From IMG/VR virus record IMGVR_UViG_3300009130_000012, positions 36,845 to 100,844 of that record: a stretch of 64,000 nucleotides of DNA. One strand, 5' to 3'. The translations under genes were made by a program, and so were the position numbers. The notes beneath the pieces were generated by a model. It made no database searches. It saw only the letters and a list, made by a program, of their open reading frames with translations, and was not told the DNA's origin. This document shows positions 46,644-55,841 of the stretch, one piece after another. Source of the stretch: a virus. Positions within the stretch are counted from its first letter, which is position 1. Each line of letters starts with the position of its first letter.

Positions 46644-48839
46644 ATGGCAGTAACTGTTTTAAATTCGGGGATAAATCAAGAAAAAGGTGTTACTTATACA
46701 GTAACAACTGACAGTAGCGTTGACTGGACAGGTGTTACTAATGACACTTATTTCTATGATTTAGGTGATGGTCTTGTACATTACAAAGATTCTACTGGAA
46801 CCGTTTTAAATATGTTTGTCTCTGGTGGTGGCGGTGGTTCTTCAATATATACTTCTGACGATACAATAGGTACAGGAAGGGTTGTAACCTTAACAGATAC
46901 CTTAACATTTGTAGGGGCTACAAATCAAGATGGATTACATGTTGATTATGGCTCTAGTTCAACATCATCCTATTCTAAAAAAGGTTTAAAGTTGACTTCT
47001 ACTGACGGCTACGAGTCAAGCTGGAACGCCCGCACAGGGTCATGGACATTTAGGGGAAATAATCCATTAACAGTACAAGGTAATAGCACAACAAATGATG
47101 TTTTCCAAGTAGCTTGGAATGGTGGAGGACTTTGGAAAGGAGGTACAATTACTTTAGGGCAAAACACTTATGGAAAAACTGAAATTTTAGAGGGCGGTGT
47201 AATTAGAATAACCGATATAACAGGCGTTGGAGTGCAACACTATATTTCGAGAGGGGCAAACAATCAACTTTCATATTTTTACGGACAAGGATTTCCAGGT
47301 TCTGCTGGAATGTTATTTGGTGGAACTTCAAAGGTTGGAACTGAAGACATTTCTTTACAGGGAGATACTCTTGTGTCTAAAAAATTAGAGTTATCCACTA
47401 CAGATGATGGTTTCTTAATGCCTCGTTTGACAACCGCTCAGAAAAATGCAATAAGTTCACCAGACACAAACTTAATGGTGTTTGATACGGACTTAAGTAG
47501 TTTGCAAAGATATAATGGTTCAGCATGGGTAGCTGTAGCGGCTGGTACTGGTATTGTTCAACTTAATCAAGAAGGTAGTAGTGGTGACCCAGTATTTTAC
47601 ACTGATGTTCAATCAGCTTTAAATGCAGCTAATACATCTGGTGGTGATATTACTATTACTTTACATGATAATATAACAACAACTACTGCTATTTCTACAA
47701 ATGCAACAGCAAATATTGATAATATAACTTTTGATTTAAATGGTTTTACTATAACGAATACTGCTAATGATTCAAGTGCTGTAATATTTAATAAATTACA
47801 AAATAATATAATTACAATAATAAATGGCTCTATAATAAAAACTACTGGTACTGGACATGCTTTACATTTTTCAAGTGGTATTGGGGATTTGTATATGTCT
47901 AATTGTTATGTGTATAGTGAAGCAGGTTCAGCTTTAAGGATAGATGCGTCAATAACACCAATTAATATATGGGAGTTAGGAAATTCTACCTTTAAAACTA
48001 ATACTGGCTATGGTGTTTACTTATCTGATGCGTTAGGGGGTATTTCATTAACAAACTTTATTTCTATTAGTACAGGTTCTGGAATGGCGTGTTTTTTAAA
48101 TGCTGGTGGAGATGTTACTAATTTTAAAGCTATAGCAGAAGGAACAGGAGCAGCTTTAAGAGTTAGGGCTAATGTAACATCAGCAACTAATTTTTATGCT
48201 GAATCTAATAGTGGGAATTGTATTTTATTAGAATCACTTAATCCAATGGTTAAAGATTTTACGGCTATAAGTGTATCTGGTTATGCTGTATTTTCTTCTG
48301 CTTCTGCATATAAAATAGAAAACTTTTATTGTAAAACTACTAGTGGAACAAGAACTATACAAGCCCTAGCTAATTCAATATTAATTAATGGTGATGTTTT
48401 CAGTGATAGCACTGATTGTGCCTTTATTGCTGATGCTGAAAGAGTTGAAAATGTAAACTTTACTACTAACTCAGGAAATTATGCTGTACTATCAAGATTT
48501 ACTACTAATTGGATTAATTGTACATTTAGGAATAAAGATGGTGTAGCTTTTTATAATTATAATTCTTCTACTAGTAAATTAAAAAAATGTACGTTTATAA
48601 GTGAAAAAACTTCTGGAGGTTCAGCGCATGCTGCCAATATTGTTGATGGAGCATCTGTAATTACTTTTGTTAATTGTGATTTTGAAGTTGCGGATTCAAC
48701 GGTTAATTGCATAAAGGCTGATGCAGCTATGGATATGAAAGTGGCTAATTGTTCTTTTGATGGTTCAGCAACACCTCTTAGTTCAAATATAACTTTAAAT
48801 CATTTAGAAAGTGACGCTTTTGGTAACGTTACCACATAA
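46644..48839 (+). CDS. Mosaic fibre/spike protein (modules B, G, C plus beta-helix-like domain)
   Basis: Module B start, GFLMPRLTTAQ, YTDVQSAL and a SDAFGNVTT end. Confidence 0.75.
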   Translation: MAVTVLNSGINQEKGVTYTVTTDSSVDWTGVTNDTYFYDLGDGLVHYKDSTGTVLNMFVSGGGGGSSIYTSDDTIGTGRVVTLTDTLTFVGATNQDGLHVDYGSSSTSSYSKKGLKLTSTDGYESSWNARTGSWTFRGNNPLTVQGNSTTNDVFQVAWNGGGLWKGGTITLGQNTYGKTEILEGGVIRITDITGVGVQHYISRGANNQLSYFYGQGFPGSAGMLFGGTSKVGTEDISLQGDTLVSKKLELSTTDDGFLMPRLTTAQKNAISSPDTNLMVFDTDLSSLQRYNGSAWVAVAAGTGIVQLNQEGSSGDPVFYTDVQSALNAANTSGGDITITLHDNITTTTAISTNATANIDNITFDLNGFTITNTANDSSAVIFNKLQNNIITIINGSIIKTTGTGHALHFSSGIGDLYMSNCYVYSEAGSALRIDASITPINIWELGNSTFKTNTGYGVYLSDALGGISLTNFISISTGSGMACFLNAGGDVTNFKAIAEGTGAALRVRANVTSATNFYAESNSGNCILLESLNPMVKDFTAISVSGYAVFSSASAYKIENFYCKTTSGTRTIQALANSILINGDVFSDSTDCAFIADAERVENVNFTTNSGNYAVLSRFTTNWINCTFRNKDGVAFYNYNSSTSKLKKCTFISEKTSGGSAHAANIVDGASVITFVNCDFEVADSTVNCIKADAAMDMKVANCSFDGSATPLSSNITLNHLESDAFGNVTT

Positions 48840-48859
48840 TTATAATAATAAAATAAACT

Positions 48860-50839
48860 ATGGCAATAACTACAACTAAATTACCAAATACTGCAATAGG
48901 TATAACGTACTCAGTAATAACTGACTCATCTTCTGATTGGGCCTCGGTAAGTAATGACGTATACTTTTTTGATAAAGATACGGATTTACCATATTATAAG
49001 AATTCTAGTGGTACAGTTGTATCTGTATTTGAAGAAGGTGGTGGTAGTAGTGATGTTGTTGAGTTATCGGTTCAAAAAGATTCTTCTGGAACAATAAATA
49101 AAGGTCAAGTTGTTATATTATCAGATTACGATGTTGGTGCTGATGTTACTACTGTTGAGTTGGCTGATAATAGTTCTGGTACAACAATGCCTGCAATAGG
49201 TATTGCAACTAGTAGTATTGGTATAGCTAGTACTGGTACGGTGGTTGTGTTTGGTAAAGCTACTGGATTAGATACTTCTTTATTATCATTAGGTGATGTT
49301 TATGTAAGTACCTCTGGAAACTTAACTAATACAAAACCTACTGGAACATCAATAGTTCAAAGAATAGGTAAGGTAACTAGAGTTAGTTCTACTGTTGGTG
49401 AGATAATAGTATTTGGTAGTGGTATGGATAATGTTAATTCTAGTACTGCTGATTATATAAGAACTTCTATAGTTGGTGGTGGAGTTTCAGCTTCATATGC
49501 TACTGCTGACCAAGTGGTACCAATGACAGTTCAATCAGAAAATAGTAACACTGATAAGTTTACTATGACTAGTAATGGTATTAGGGTTAATCAAGCTGGT
49601 AGATATAGAGTTAATTGTGGTACTACTATCGCTAGTACAAGTACTCAAAGAGCTAACCCTATTATGAAGATAACGGTTAATAATAATATAGCTCAAGATG
49701 CCAATGGTCAAGATTATCAGAGTTCTGAACACTACGCTAGAAACGCAGGTAGTGCAAATACCTCTACATCCTCTTTGGATATAGTACTTGATTTAGCCGT
49801 TAATGATATTGTTAGAATAATACTAGCAGAAGGTAGTGTTGCTGGAGATACAGGTGTTAACATTAATTCTACTGGTACATTTCTTGAGCTTAGTGAAATG
49901 GTAGCTGGTGTTGTTACACCAGTAACTGGAACTACTAAAGTTCTTGTTAAAGGTGGAATTAGTGCTAATCAAACAGTGGGTAATACAACACCAATAGTAG
50001 AATTTGTTACAACAGGAACTACTTCGGGTGTAGAAATTGATGTAAATGGTGAATGGGATAATACTAATCATAAATTCACTGTGGGGCCAAGTGGTGCTGG
50101 TACTTATTTTGTGCAAGGTCAAGTATTTTTAAACAATTCGAGTTCTTGGTCAACAATGTTTTTATATAAAAATGGTTCACTTTATGCGCCATTTGCAGGT
50201 TTTGGGACAGCAAATTCGTGGGACAATTTAGATGGTACTATCCCTATTGATTTAGTTGTTGGGGATTATATAGATATTAGAGTATTTTCATCAGCAAATG
50301 GTACTATTGATTTTAATAGTTGGGGTGATAGGCAATCATTTACTATAACTAAAGTTAGTGGTTTTCCACCACCAGGTGGTACAGATATTAATGCGGTACA
50401 TACTAATGTTAGTGGTGAGATTATTGCGTTAACTGAAAAAACATCGGTAGCTAATACTGATGAAGTTATTATAGAAGAGTCGGATGGTACTAAGAAGAGT
50501 ATGAAGCGTAGAAACTTTGTTGCTCCTATTACAACGTCTGTAGCTTCTACCGCAACATTAACTGTTGATGCTGATGCGACAGATATGGCTATTATTACAG
50601 CGCAAGCGGCTACATTAACAATAGCGGCACCAACTGGTACTCCTGGCGAAGGTTGGCAATTATTTTTTAGAATTAAAGATAACGGTACGGCTAGAACTAT
50701 TAACTTAAATGCTATATTTAGAGATTTCACTGGTAATTTTCCTAGTTCTACTACGGCAAGTAAAGAATTGTATTTTGGGTGTAAGTATGATGCTGTTTCG
50801 ACTAAGTGGGATATATTAGCTTGGAGGGTATTACCATAA
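48860..50839 (+). CDS. Mosaic fibre protein (modules B, E, two C1q/BclA-like domains, F)
   Basis: NQAGRYRV and GAGTYFV...LYKNG...LVVGDYIDIR C1q-like patterns; module F end shared with 17275. Confidence 0.7.
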   Translation: MAITTTKLPNTAIGITYSVITDSSSDWASVSNDVYFFDKDTDLPYYKNSSGTVVSVFEEGGGSSDVVELSVQKDSSGTINKGQVVILSDYDVGADVTTVELADNSSGTTMPAIGIATSSIGIASTGTVVVFGKATGLDTSLLSLGDVYVSTSGNLTNTKPTGTSIVQRIGKVTRVSSTVGEIIVFGSGMDNVNSSTADYIRTSIVGGGVSASYATADQVVPMTVQSENSNTDKFTMTSNGIRVNQAGRYRVNCGTTIASTSTQRANPIMKITVNNNIAQDANGQDYQSSEHYARNAGSANTSTSSLDIVLDLAVNDIVRIILAEGSVAGDTGVNINSTGTFLELSEMVAGVVTPVTGTTKVLVKGGISANQTVGNTTPIVEFVTTGTTSGVEIDVNGEWDNTNHKFTVGPSGAGTYFVQGQVFLNNSSSWSTMFLYKNGSLYAPFAGFGTANSWDNLDGTIPIDLVVGDYIDIRVFSSANGTIDFNSWGDRQSFTITKVSGFPPPGGTDINAVHTNVSGEIIALTEKTSVANTDEVIIEESDGTKKSMKRRNFVAPITTSVASTATLTVDADATDMAIITAQAATLTIAAPTGTPGEGWQLFFRIKDNGTARTINLNAIFRDFTGNFPSSTTASKELYFGCKYDAVSTKWDILAWRVLP

Positions 50840-51029
50840 ATAATTTATAACCTGTTATACTTATTGTAAAAATAAACGGTTATATTATTTATTAATTTAG
50901 AAGAATAATTGTAGTTTCTTAAATATTAAATATTTAATCCCTAATAAATATCATCTTAATTGATTTTTGGTGATTTACAATCATATTTATTATAAAAAGA
51001 ATATAATAATTTTTTAACTATAATAGATT

Positions 51030-53816
51030 ATGGCATCAAACAAACAAGTATTTGTAAGCCCTGGTGTTTATACAAGTGAATTAGATTTAACATTTGTAAG
51101 CAGACAGGTAGGTGTTACTACAGCTGGTATTGTAGGGGAGACGGTAAAGGGTCCTGCTTTCCAACCAATCTTTGTAAGTAACTATGACGAATTTAAGGCT
51201 TTCTTCGGAAGTCAAAACCCAGAAAAATTTGCTGGTAACGGTATGCCTAAGTATGAAGCACCGTATATCGCAAAATCTTATTTAAGTGAAACTAATCAGT
51301 TGTTTGTAACTAGAGTTTTAGGATTTACTGGTTATGAAGCTGGACAATCTTGGGCTATTACATTAGACGCAGCATTAGATAGTTCTACTGTAGGTGCAAC
51401 TGGTGGTGGTACCACTGACGCATCTTTAATTTCATTTACTGCCGATACTGATGGTAATATAACTAGTTTAACTAGTACTGACCCATTAGTACAAGCATTA
51501 TATGATGATGGTTCTTTAGTGACTGATTTAGCGTTTTTAGGAAGTGCTAGTACTGGAGATACGGCTACAATTGGTAATACTTTCCTAAAAACTTCAGAAA
51601 CTGGAACTAACTTTAGTGGTACATCTTTAGATTTAGTTGTAACTACAGAGGTTCCTACTACTGGTGGTACTGGTGTTGCGAGTGGAGTTACAGTACATTA
51701 CTCTGGTACTTCATACTCAGAAGTTGAGGATAAAGTTGTTGCAGTATTACGTTCTAGAGGTCAGTACGATGGTAATGAGCAAGTAATTTTCGAATTCAGT
51801 GGTTCTAACGAAGTTAATATTTCCACTAGCAATGTGGCTGCACAAACAAATCCTTTAGCGGCATTTACACTATCTGGTACATCTAACGTACAAGGATTAG
51901 TTTCTTATGACGTATCTTTAGATAAGGGTAAGAAAAATTACATCACTAGAGTATTAGGTGTTAGTGAAAAAGATAGTAATTCAGCATTATTTGTTGAAGA
52001 ATTGTATCAAGCTATGTTTGATAAATACAATGGTGAAGGTAAGGTTAGAGGTATTAACTTAGAATTAGTTGAGTATGATTTATCATTTGATGATTATACT
52101 TCAGAGTATACTAATGCAATTACTCCATATATTGTTTCTGAATTAAGAGGTTCTGAAGTTCTTAAACTTTTCAGATTACACACTATTTCTGACGGTAATT
52201 ATGCTAATAGAGAATTTAAAATATCTATTGCTAATATTCAACCAGATGATAAAGAATTTGATGTTGTTGTTAGAGCATTTAGTGATACTGATGCAAACCC
52301 AGTTATCTTAGAAAGATTTTCAAGATGTACTATGGACCCAACATCAAATAACTACATTGCTAGAAGAATTGGTACTGTTGATGGTGATTATCCAGCAATT
52401 TCTAACTATATTTTAGTAGAATTAGATACTGATAATGATACTTCAGATGCGTTCCCAGCTGGTTTCACTGGATATCCAGTAAGAGACTACGATGCTAATA
52501 GTAATACTGGTGTACAAGCACCATCAATCATTTATAAAACTTCATACGCTTCAACGGAGAAGAAAAGAAAGTTCTTCTTAGGTCTATCTAACACTGAAGG
52601 TATTGACCAAGATTTATTTGATTATAAAGGTGTTGACTCTTCTGGTGATGCGTTTACTGGATTAACTAAAGGATTCCATATGGATTCTGGTGCAACTTCA
52701 GTAACTATTGGAAGTGAGACTTTCGATTTCGAGGTTGGTAGTGCAGAATTTAGAACTGATTTAGGAGTTGAGGGTACTGATTACGATAAGACAAACTCAC
52801 GTAAATTTACTTTCGCACCATATGGTGGATTTGACGGATGGGATATTTACAGAGACCAAAGAACTAATGAAGATACTTATGCTATTAGTGGAACTAAAGG
52901 TGCGTTATCTTTTGGTAAGTTCGACGCTAGAGCATTGAGTAATGGTGAAGAAGGAAACAATTCTGATTATTATGCTTATTTAGAAGCAATTAGAACTTTC
53001 TCTAACCCAGAATCAGTTAATATAAACGTATTAACAACTCCAGGTATTAACACATTAGACAACTCTAACTTAGTTGAGGAGACTATTGACATGATTGAAA
53101 CTGAAAGAGCAGATGCACTTTATATTGTAACTACTCCAGATTCAGAAAATGGTCAAGTTCTTGATATTGATGATTTAGTAGATAGATTAGATGGACAGTA
53201 TGATTCAAACTATACTGCTACTTACTTCCCATGGGTTCAGTACAACGATACTGAAAACAACCAATACATTTGGTTACCACCAACAAAAGATGTTTTAAGA
53301 AACATTGCGTTAACTGATAACATCGCATTCCCTTGGTATGCTATTGCTGGTGTGAATAGAGGTCAAGTAGACGCTGTTAAACCTAGAATAAACTTAACTT
53401 TACCACAAAGAGAAGATTTATATTCTGGTAGAATTAACCCTATCGCTAACTTCTCAACTGAAGGTACGGTTATTTGGGGTAACAAAACGTTACAAGAGAA
53501 AGAAAGTGCTCTTGATAGAATCAACGTTAGAAGACTATTATTAAGAACTAGAAAATTAATTTCTGCAGTTTCTATCAGATTATTATTCGAACAGAATGAT
53601 GATATTGTAAGAAACGAGTTCTTAAGTCTTGTTAACCCAATTCTTGAGAGTATCAGACAAGAAAGAGGTATTACTGAGTTCAAAGTTAGACTTAATGAGA
53701 ACGCTGATAGAAATACACTTTCTGGAACTATATTCTTAGTACCAACTGATGCATTAGAAAGAATCGAAATTGAGTTCACAGTTACAAATGCTGGTGCCTC
53801 TTTTGATAACATTTAA
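51030..53816 (+). CDS. Contractile tail sheath protein
   Basis: FVSPGVY, GET.KGP, ATYFPW, PWYAIAG..RG, IWGNKTL, LDRINVRRLL and LFEQND motifs. Confidence 0.95.
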   Translation: MASNKQVFVSPGVYTSELDLTFVSRQVGVTTAGIVGETVKGPAFQPIFVSNYDEFKAFFGSQNPEKFAGNGMPKYEAPYIAKSYLSETNQLFVTRVLGFTGYEAGQSWAITLDAALDSSTVGATGGGTTDASLISFTADTDGNITSLTSTDPLVQALYDDGSLVTDLAFLGSASTGDTATIGNTFLKTSETGTNFSGTSLDLVVTTEVPTTGGTGVASGVTVHYSGTSYSEVEDKVVAVLRSRGQYDGNEQVIFEFSGSNEVNISTSNVAAQTNPLAAFTLSGTSNVQGLVSYDVSLDKGKKNYITRVLGVSEKDSNSALFVEELYQAMFDKYNGEGKVRGINLELVEYDLSFDDYTSEYTNAITPYIVSELRGSEVLKLFRLHTISDGNYANREFKISIANIQPDDKEFDVVVRAFSDTDANPVILERFSRCTMDPTSNNYIARRIGTVDGDYPAISNYILVELDTDNDTSDAFPAGFTGYPVRDYDANSNTGVQAPSIIYKTSYASTEKKRKFFLGLSNTEGIDQDLFDYKGVDSSGDAFTGLTKGFHMDSGATSVTIGSETFDFEVGSAEFRTDLGVEGTDYDKTNSRKFTFAPYGGFDGWDIYRDQRTNEDTYAISGTKGALSFGKFDARALSNGEEGNNSDYYAYLEAIRTFSNPESVNINVLTTPGINTLDNSNLVEETIDMIETERADALYIVTTPDSENGQVLDIDDLVDRLDGQYDSNYTATYFPWVQYNDTENNQYIWLPPTKDVLRNIALTDNIAFPWYAIAGVNRGQVDAVKPRINLTLPQREDLYSGRINPIANFSTEGTVIWGNKTLQEKESALDRINVRRLLLRTRKLISAVSIRLLFEQNDDIVRNEFLSLVNPILESIRQERGITEFKVRLNENADRNTLSGTIFLVPTDALERIEIEFTVTNAGASFDNI

Positions 53817-53848
53817 TAAGGCTATAACCTTATAATATGTAAAAATAA

Positions 53849-53877
53849 GCCCTCAGACTAATAATCTGAGGGTTTTT
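53849..53877 (+). terminator. Terminator after the sheath gene
   Basis: GCCCTCAGA-ctaataa-TCTGAGGGT-TTTT. Confidence 0.8.
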
Positions 53878-53879
53878 AT

Positions 53880-54368
53880 TTATGCATCAAAATCTTCTAT
53901 GATTTGTTTTACTTTAAAGAATCTACTATACTTATCTCTAGGTATTAAATAACCTTTAGTGTTACTTCCGATATCTCCAGAAAAAGAAGTTTCTCTAAAA
54001 TTATTATACCTTATCAAATTTTTTAGTTCAGATATTTTAATGAACCAAGTTTGTTTTAAATATGGGTAATATGTTACAAACCAATCAGCTTTACTAGCCA
54101 TAATACCAGATGGTTTACCTCTACATTCATATTCTATAAACATATTTCCAGTATCATTATTTGGTTTACAATAAACATCAGTTTTAATTTCGTAAGTATT
54201 AACCGTACCAGTTTGGTTAAAAAGTACTACTAAGTCGAAGTTAATGTCTTTATTTTCAAATAATACCTTACCACCTATACTTTCTAAGTAACGTTTAATT
54301 ACTTCTTCTCCACGCTCACCTACTGTAATGTCAGTATTAAAATTATAATCAGATTTTTCTTTCTGCAT
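53880..54368 (-). CDS. PD-(D/E)XK-like nuclease
   Basis: GE..E helix, FD, EIKTD and TGNMFIE..GKPSGI..SKADW. Confidence 0.7.
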   Translation of the reverse strand: MQKEKSDYNFNTDITVGERGEEVIKRYLESIGGKVLFENKDINFDLVVLFNQTGTVNTYEIKTDVYCKPNNDTGNMFIEYECRGKPSGIMASKADWFVTYYPYLKQTWFIKISELKNLIRYNNFRETSFSGDIGSNTKGYLIPRDKYSRFFKVKQIIEDFDA

Positions 54369-54403
54369 ATCATAAAGTTACTATAATATGCATGTTAAAA
54401 CAA

Positions 54404-54751
54404 TTATAATAAAGTATACTCTTTTGTTATATATTTAACACCCTCTGGTGGATAAGTTAAAATTATATATTTGTCGGTAAATAATGCTGTTTTAATATGT
54501 AATGGATTATCTAAAAATTCTACATAGTTATTACTAACTATGGTTTTATATGTAATAGTGGTAAATATTCCATTAATACTAATCATGAATGTACTGTCTA
54601 ATTTGTTAATAATTATATGGTCTGTATGATTACCATTTTTATATTTAAAAAACATAGTGTGTTCACTTAACTCATTGTTACTTAATGATGTTAAAGATAT
54701 TAGTAACATCAATAATAAGATTTTACCAGTTTTACAGAATAGATTGTTCAT
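54404..54751 (-). CDS. Small exported/membrane-anchored protein
   Basis: N-terminal KILLLMLLISLTSLS hydrophobic signal-like segment. Confidence 0.55.
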   Translation of the reverse strand: MNNLFCKTGKILLLMLLISLTSLSNNELSEHTMFFKYKNGNHTDHIIINKLDSTFMISINGIFTTITYKTIVSNNYVEFLDNPLHIKTALFTDKYIILTYPPEGVKYITKEYTLL

Positions 54752-55022
54752 TTAACAGATTATTTTGTAATATTATATTTTTTTTACATTACAACTAGAT
54801 ATTTATTAATTATAATGAGTAAAATAATATTACATATTACTAAATTAGGATTAGATATTACTATCATACTAGTTTCTAGCGTATTTTACATTACATCTGC
54901 AATATACGCAATTTTATAATAACCACAAAATATTTTAAAATTTATTTAGAAAGTAGATTTTTTTAATACATCTTCATATTTATATATAAAGATAGAATAA
55001 ATATTTTTAATTAATAATAGAT

Positions 55023-55508
55023 ATGTCATTACTACAGAAAATGCCATTGGTTGCGGAACCAAAAAAGAAGAATAGATGGTTATTTAGATTCCCTTCGGAT
55101 TTAGGTATCCAAGAATGGTGGTTATCTAGCGCATCTAGACCTTCATTAACTCAAAACGAAGTTGAGATTCCTTTCTTAAATACTTCTACTTATGTATTAG
55201 GTAGATTTAACTGGGAACCAATTGATGTAACGTTTAGAGACCCAATTGGTCCTTCAGCTACTCAGTCATTAATGGAGTGGGTACGTTTGCATTCAGAATC
55301 AGTTACTGGTAGACAAGGTTATGCTCAAGGGTACAAAAGAAACATTGAAATTGAAATGTTAGACCCAACTGGTGTTGTTGTTGAAAAGTGGGTGTTAGAA
55401 GCTACAATGTTAACTAACGTAGTATTTGGAGACCTTTCTTTTGATGATGACGGTATTGCTGAAATTACAGCAACGTTAAGATTCGATAGAGCAATTAACA
55501 TATTCTAA
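55023..55508 (+). CDS. Tail tube protein (T4 gp19-like)
   Basis: EPKKKNRW, RP.L, G...W.PI.VTFRDPI, QSLMEW, YKR, LDPTG..VEKW and L.FD.A motifs. Confidence 0.9.
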   Translation: MSLLQKMPLVAEPKKKNRWLFRFPSDLGIQEWWLSSASRPSLTQNEVEIPFLNTSTYVLGRFNWEPIDVTFRDPIGPSATQSLMEWVRLHSESVTGRQGYAQGYKRNIEIEMLDPTGVVVEKWVLEATMLTNVVFGDLSFDDDGIAEITATLRFDRAINIF

Positions 55509-55533
55509 AAAAACTTGCGATTTTCAATCATAC

Positions 55534-55569
55534 AAAAATCCCTATACTCTAATCGGTATAGGGATTTTT
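55534..55569. terminator. Bidirectional terminator
   Basis: AAAAATCCCTATAC-tctaatcg-GTATAGGGATTTTT. Confidence 0.85.
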
Positions 55570-55574
55570 AATTT

Positions 55575-55841
55575 CTATTGTGAACTATTCTGTCCAGACT
55601 TGGAAAATGATTTAGCTTTATTACCGCTAATTTTACCTTTAGCTTTTTCTTGAGCTTGTTCTATAGCTTCTTTTTCTTCCTCTATTTCATTGTGTTTATA
55701 GATTAAGAAATTACGTCTTCTATGAACTGCCATATCCATGACTACATTATAGTCTAAACCTAAATGTACTGTACACATATAAATTTCTCGTTCTAAGTGA
55801 GCCTTATAATTAAAGTTCAGCCCAAAAAAATGTTGGTCCAA
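55575..55841 (-). CDS. Small baseplate/tail assembly chaperone segment (gp51/GT-like); possibly a frameshift extension of 55810-56817
   Basis: YK..L.REIY...H....Y..VMDMAVHRRRNFL pattern; TTG start inside the upstream gene. Confidence 0.55.
   Translation of the reverse strand: MDQHFFGLNFNYKAHLEREIYMCTVHLGLDYNVVMDMAVHRRRNFLIYKHNEIEEEKEAIEQAQEKAKGKISGNKAKSFSKSGQNSSQ

Noticed and set aside
12700-50839. Diversity-generating retroelement or invertase shufflon behind the fibre variation
   Set aside because: No reverse transcriptase or recombinase in the window, no TR/VR pair with adenine-only differences seen, and all cassettes are co-oriented.
54782-54895. 12-bp direct repeat TTTTACATTACA at 54782 and 54884
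   Set aside because: Only two AT-rich copies 102 bp apart; too weak to interpret.
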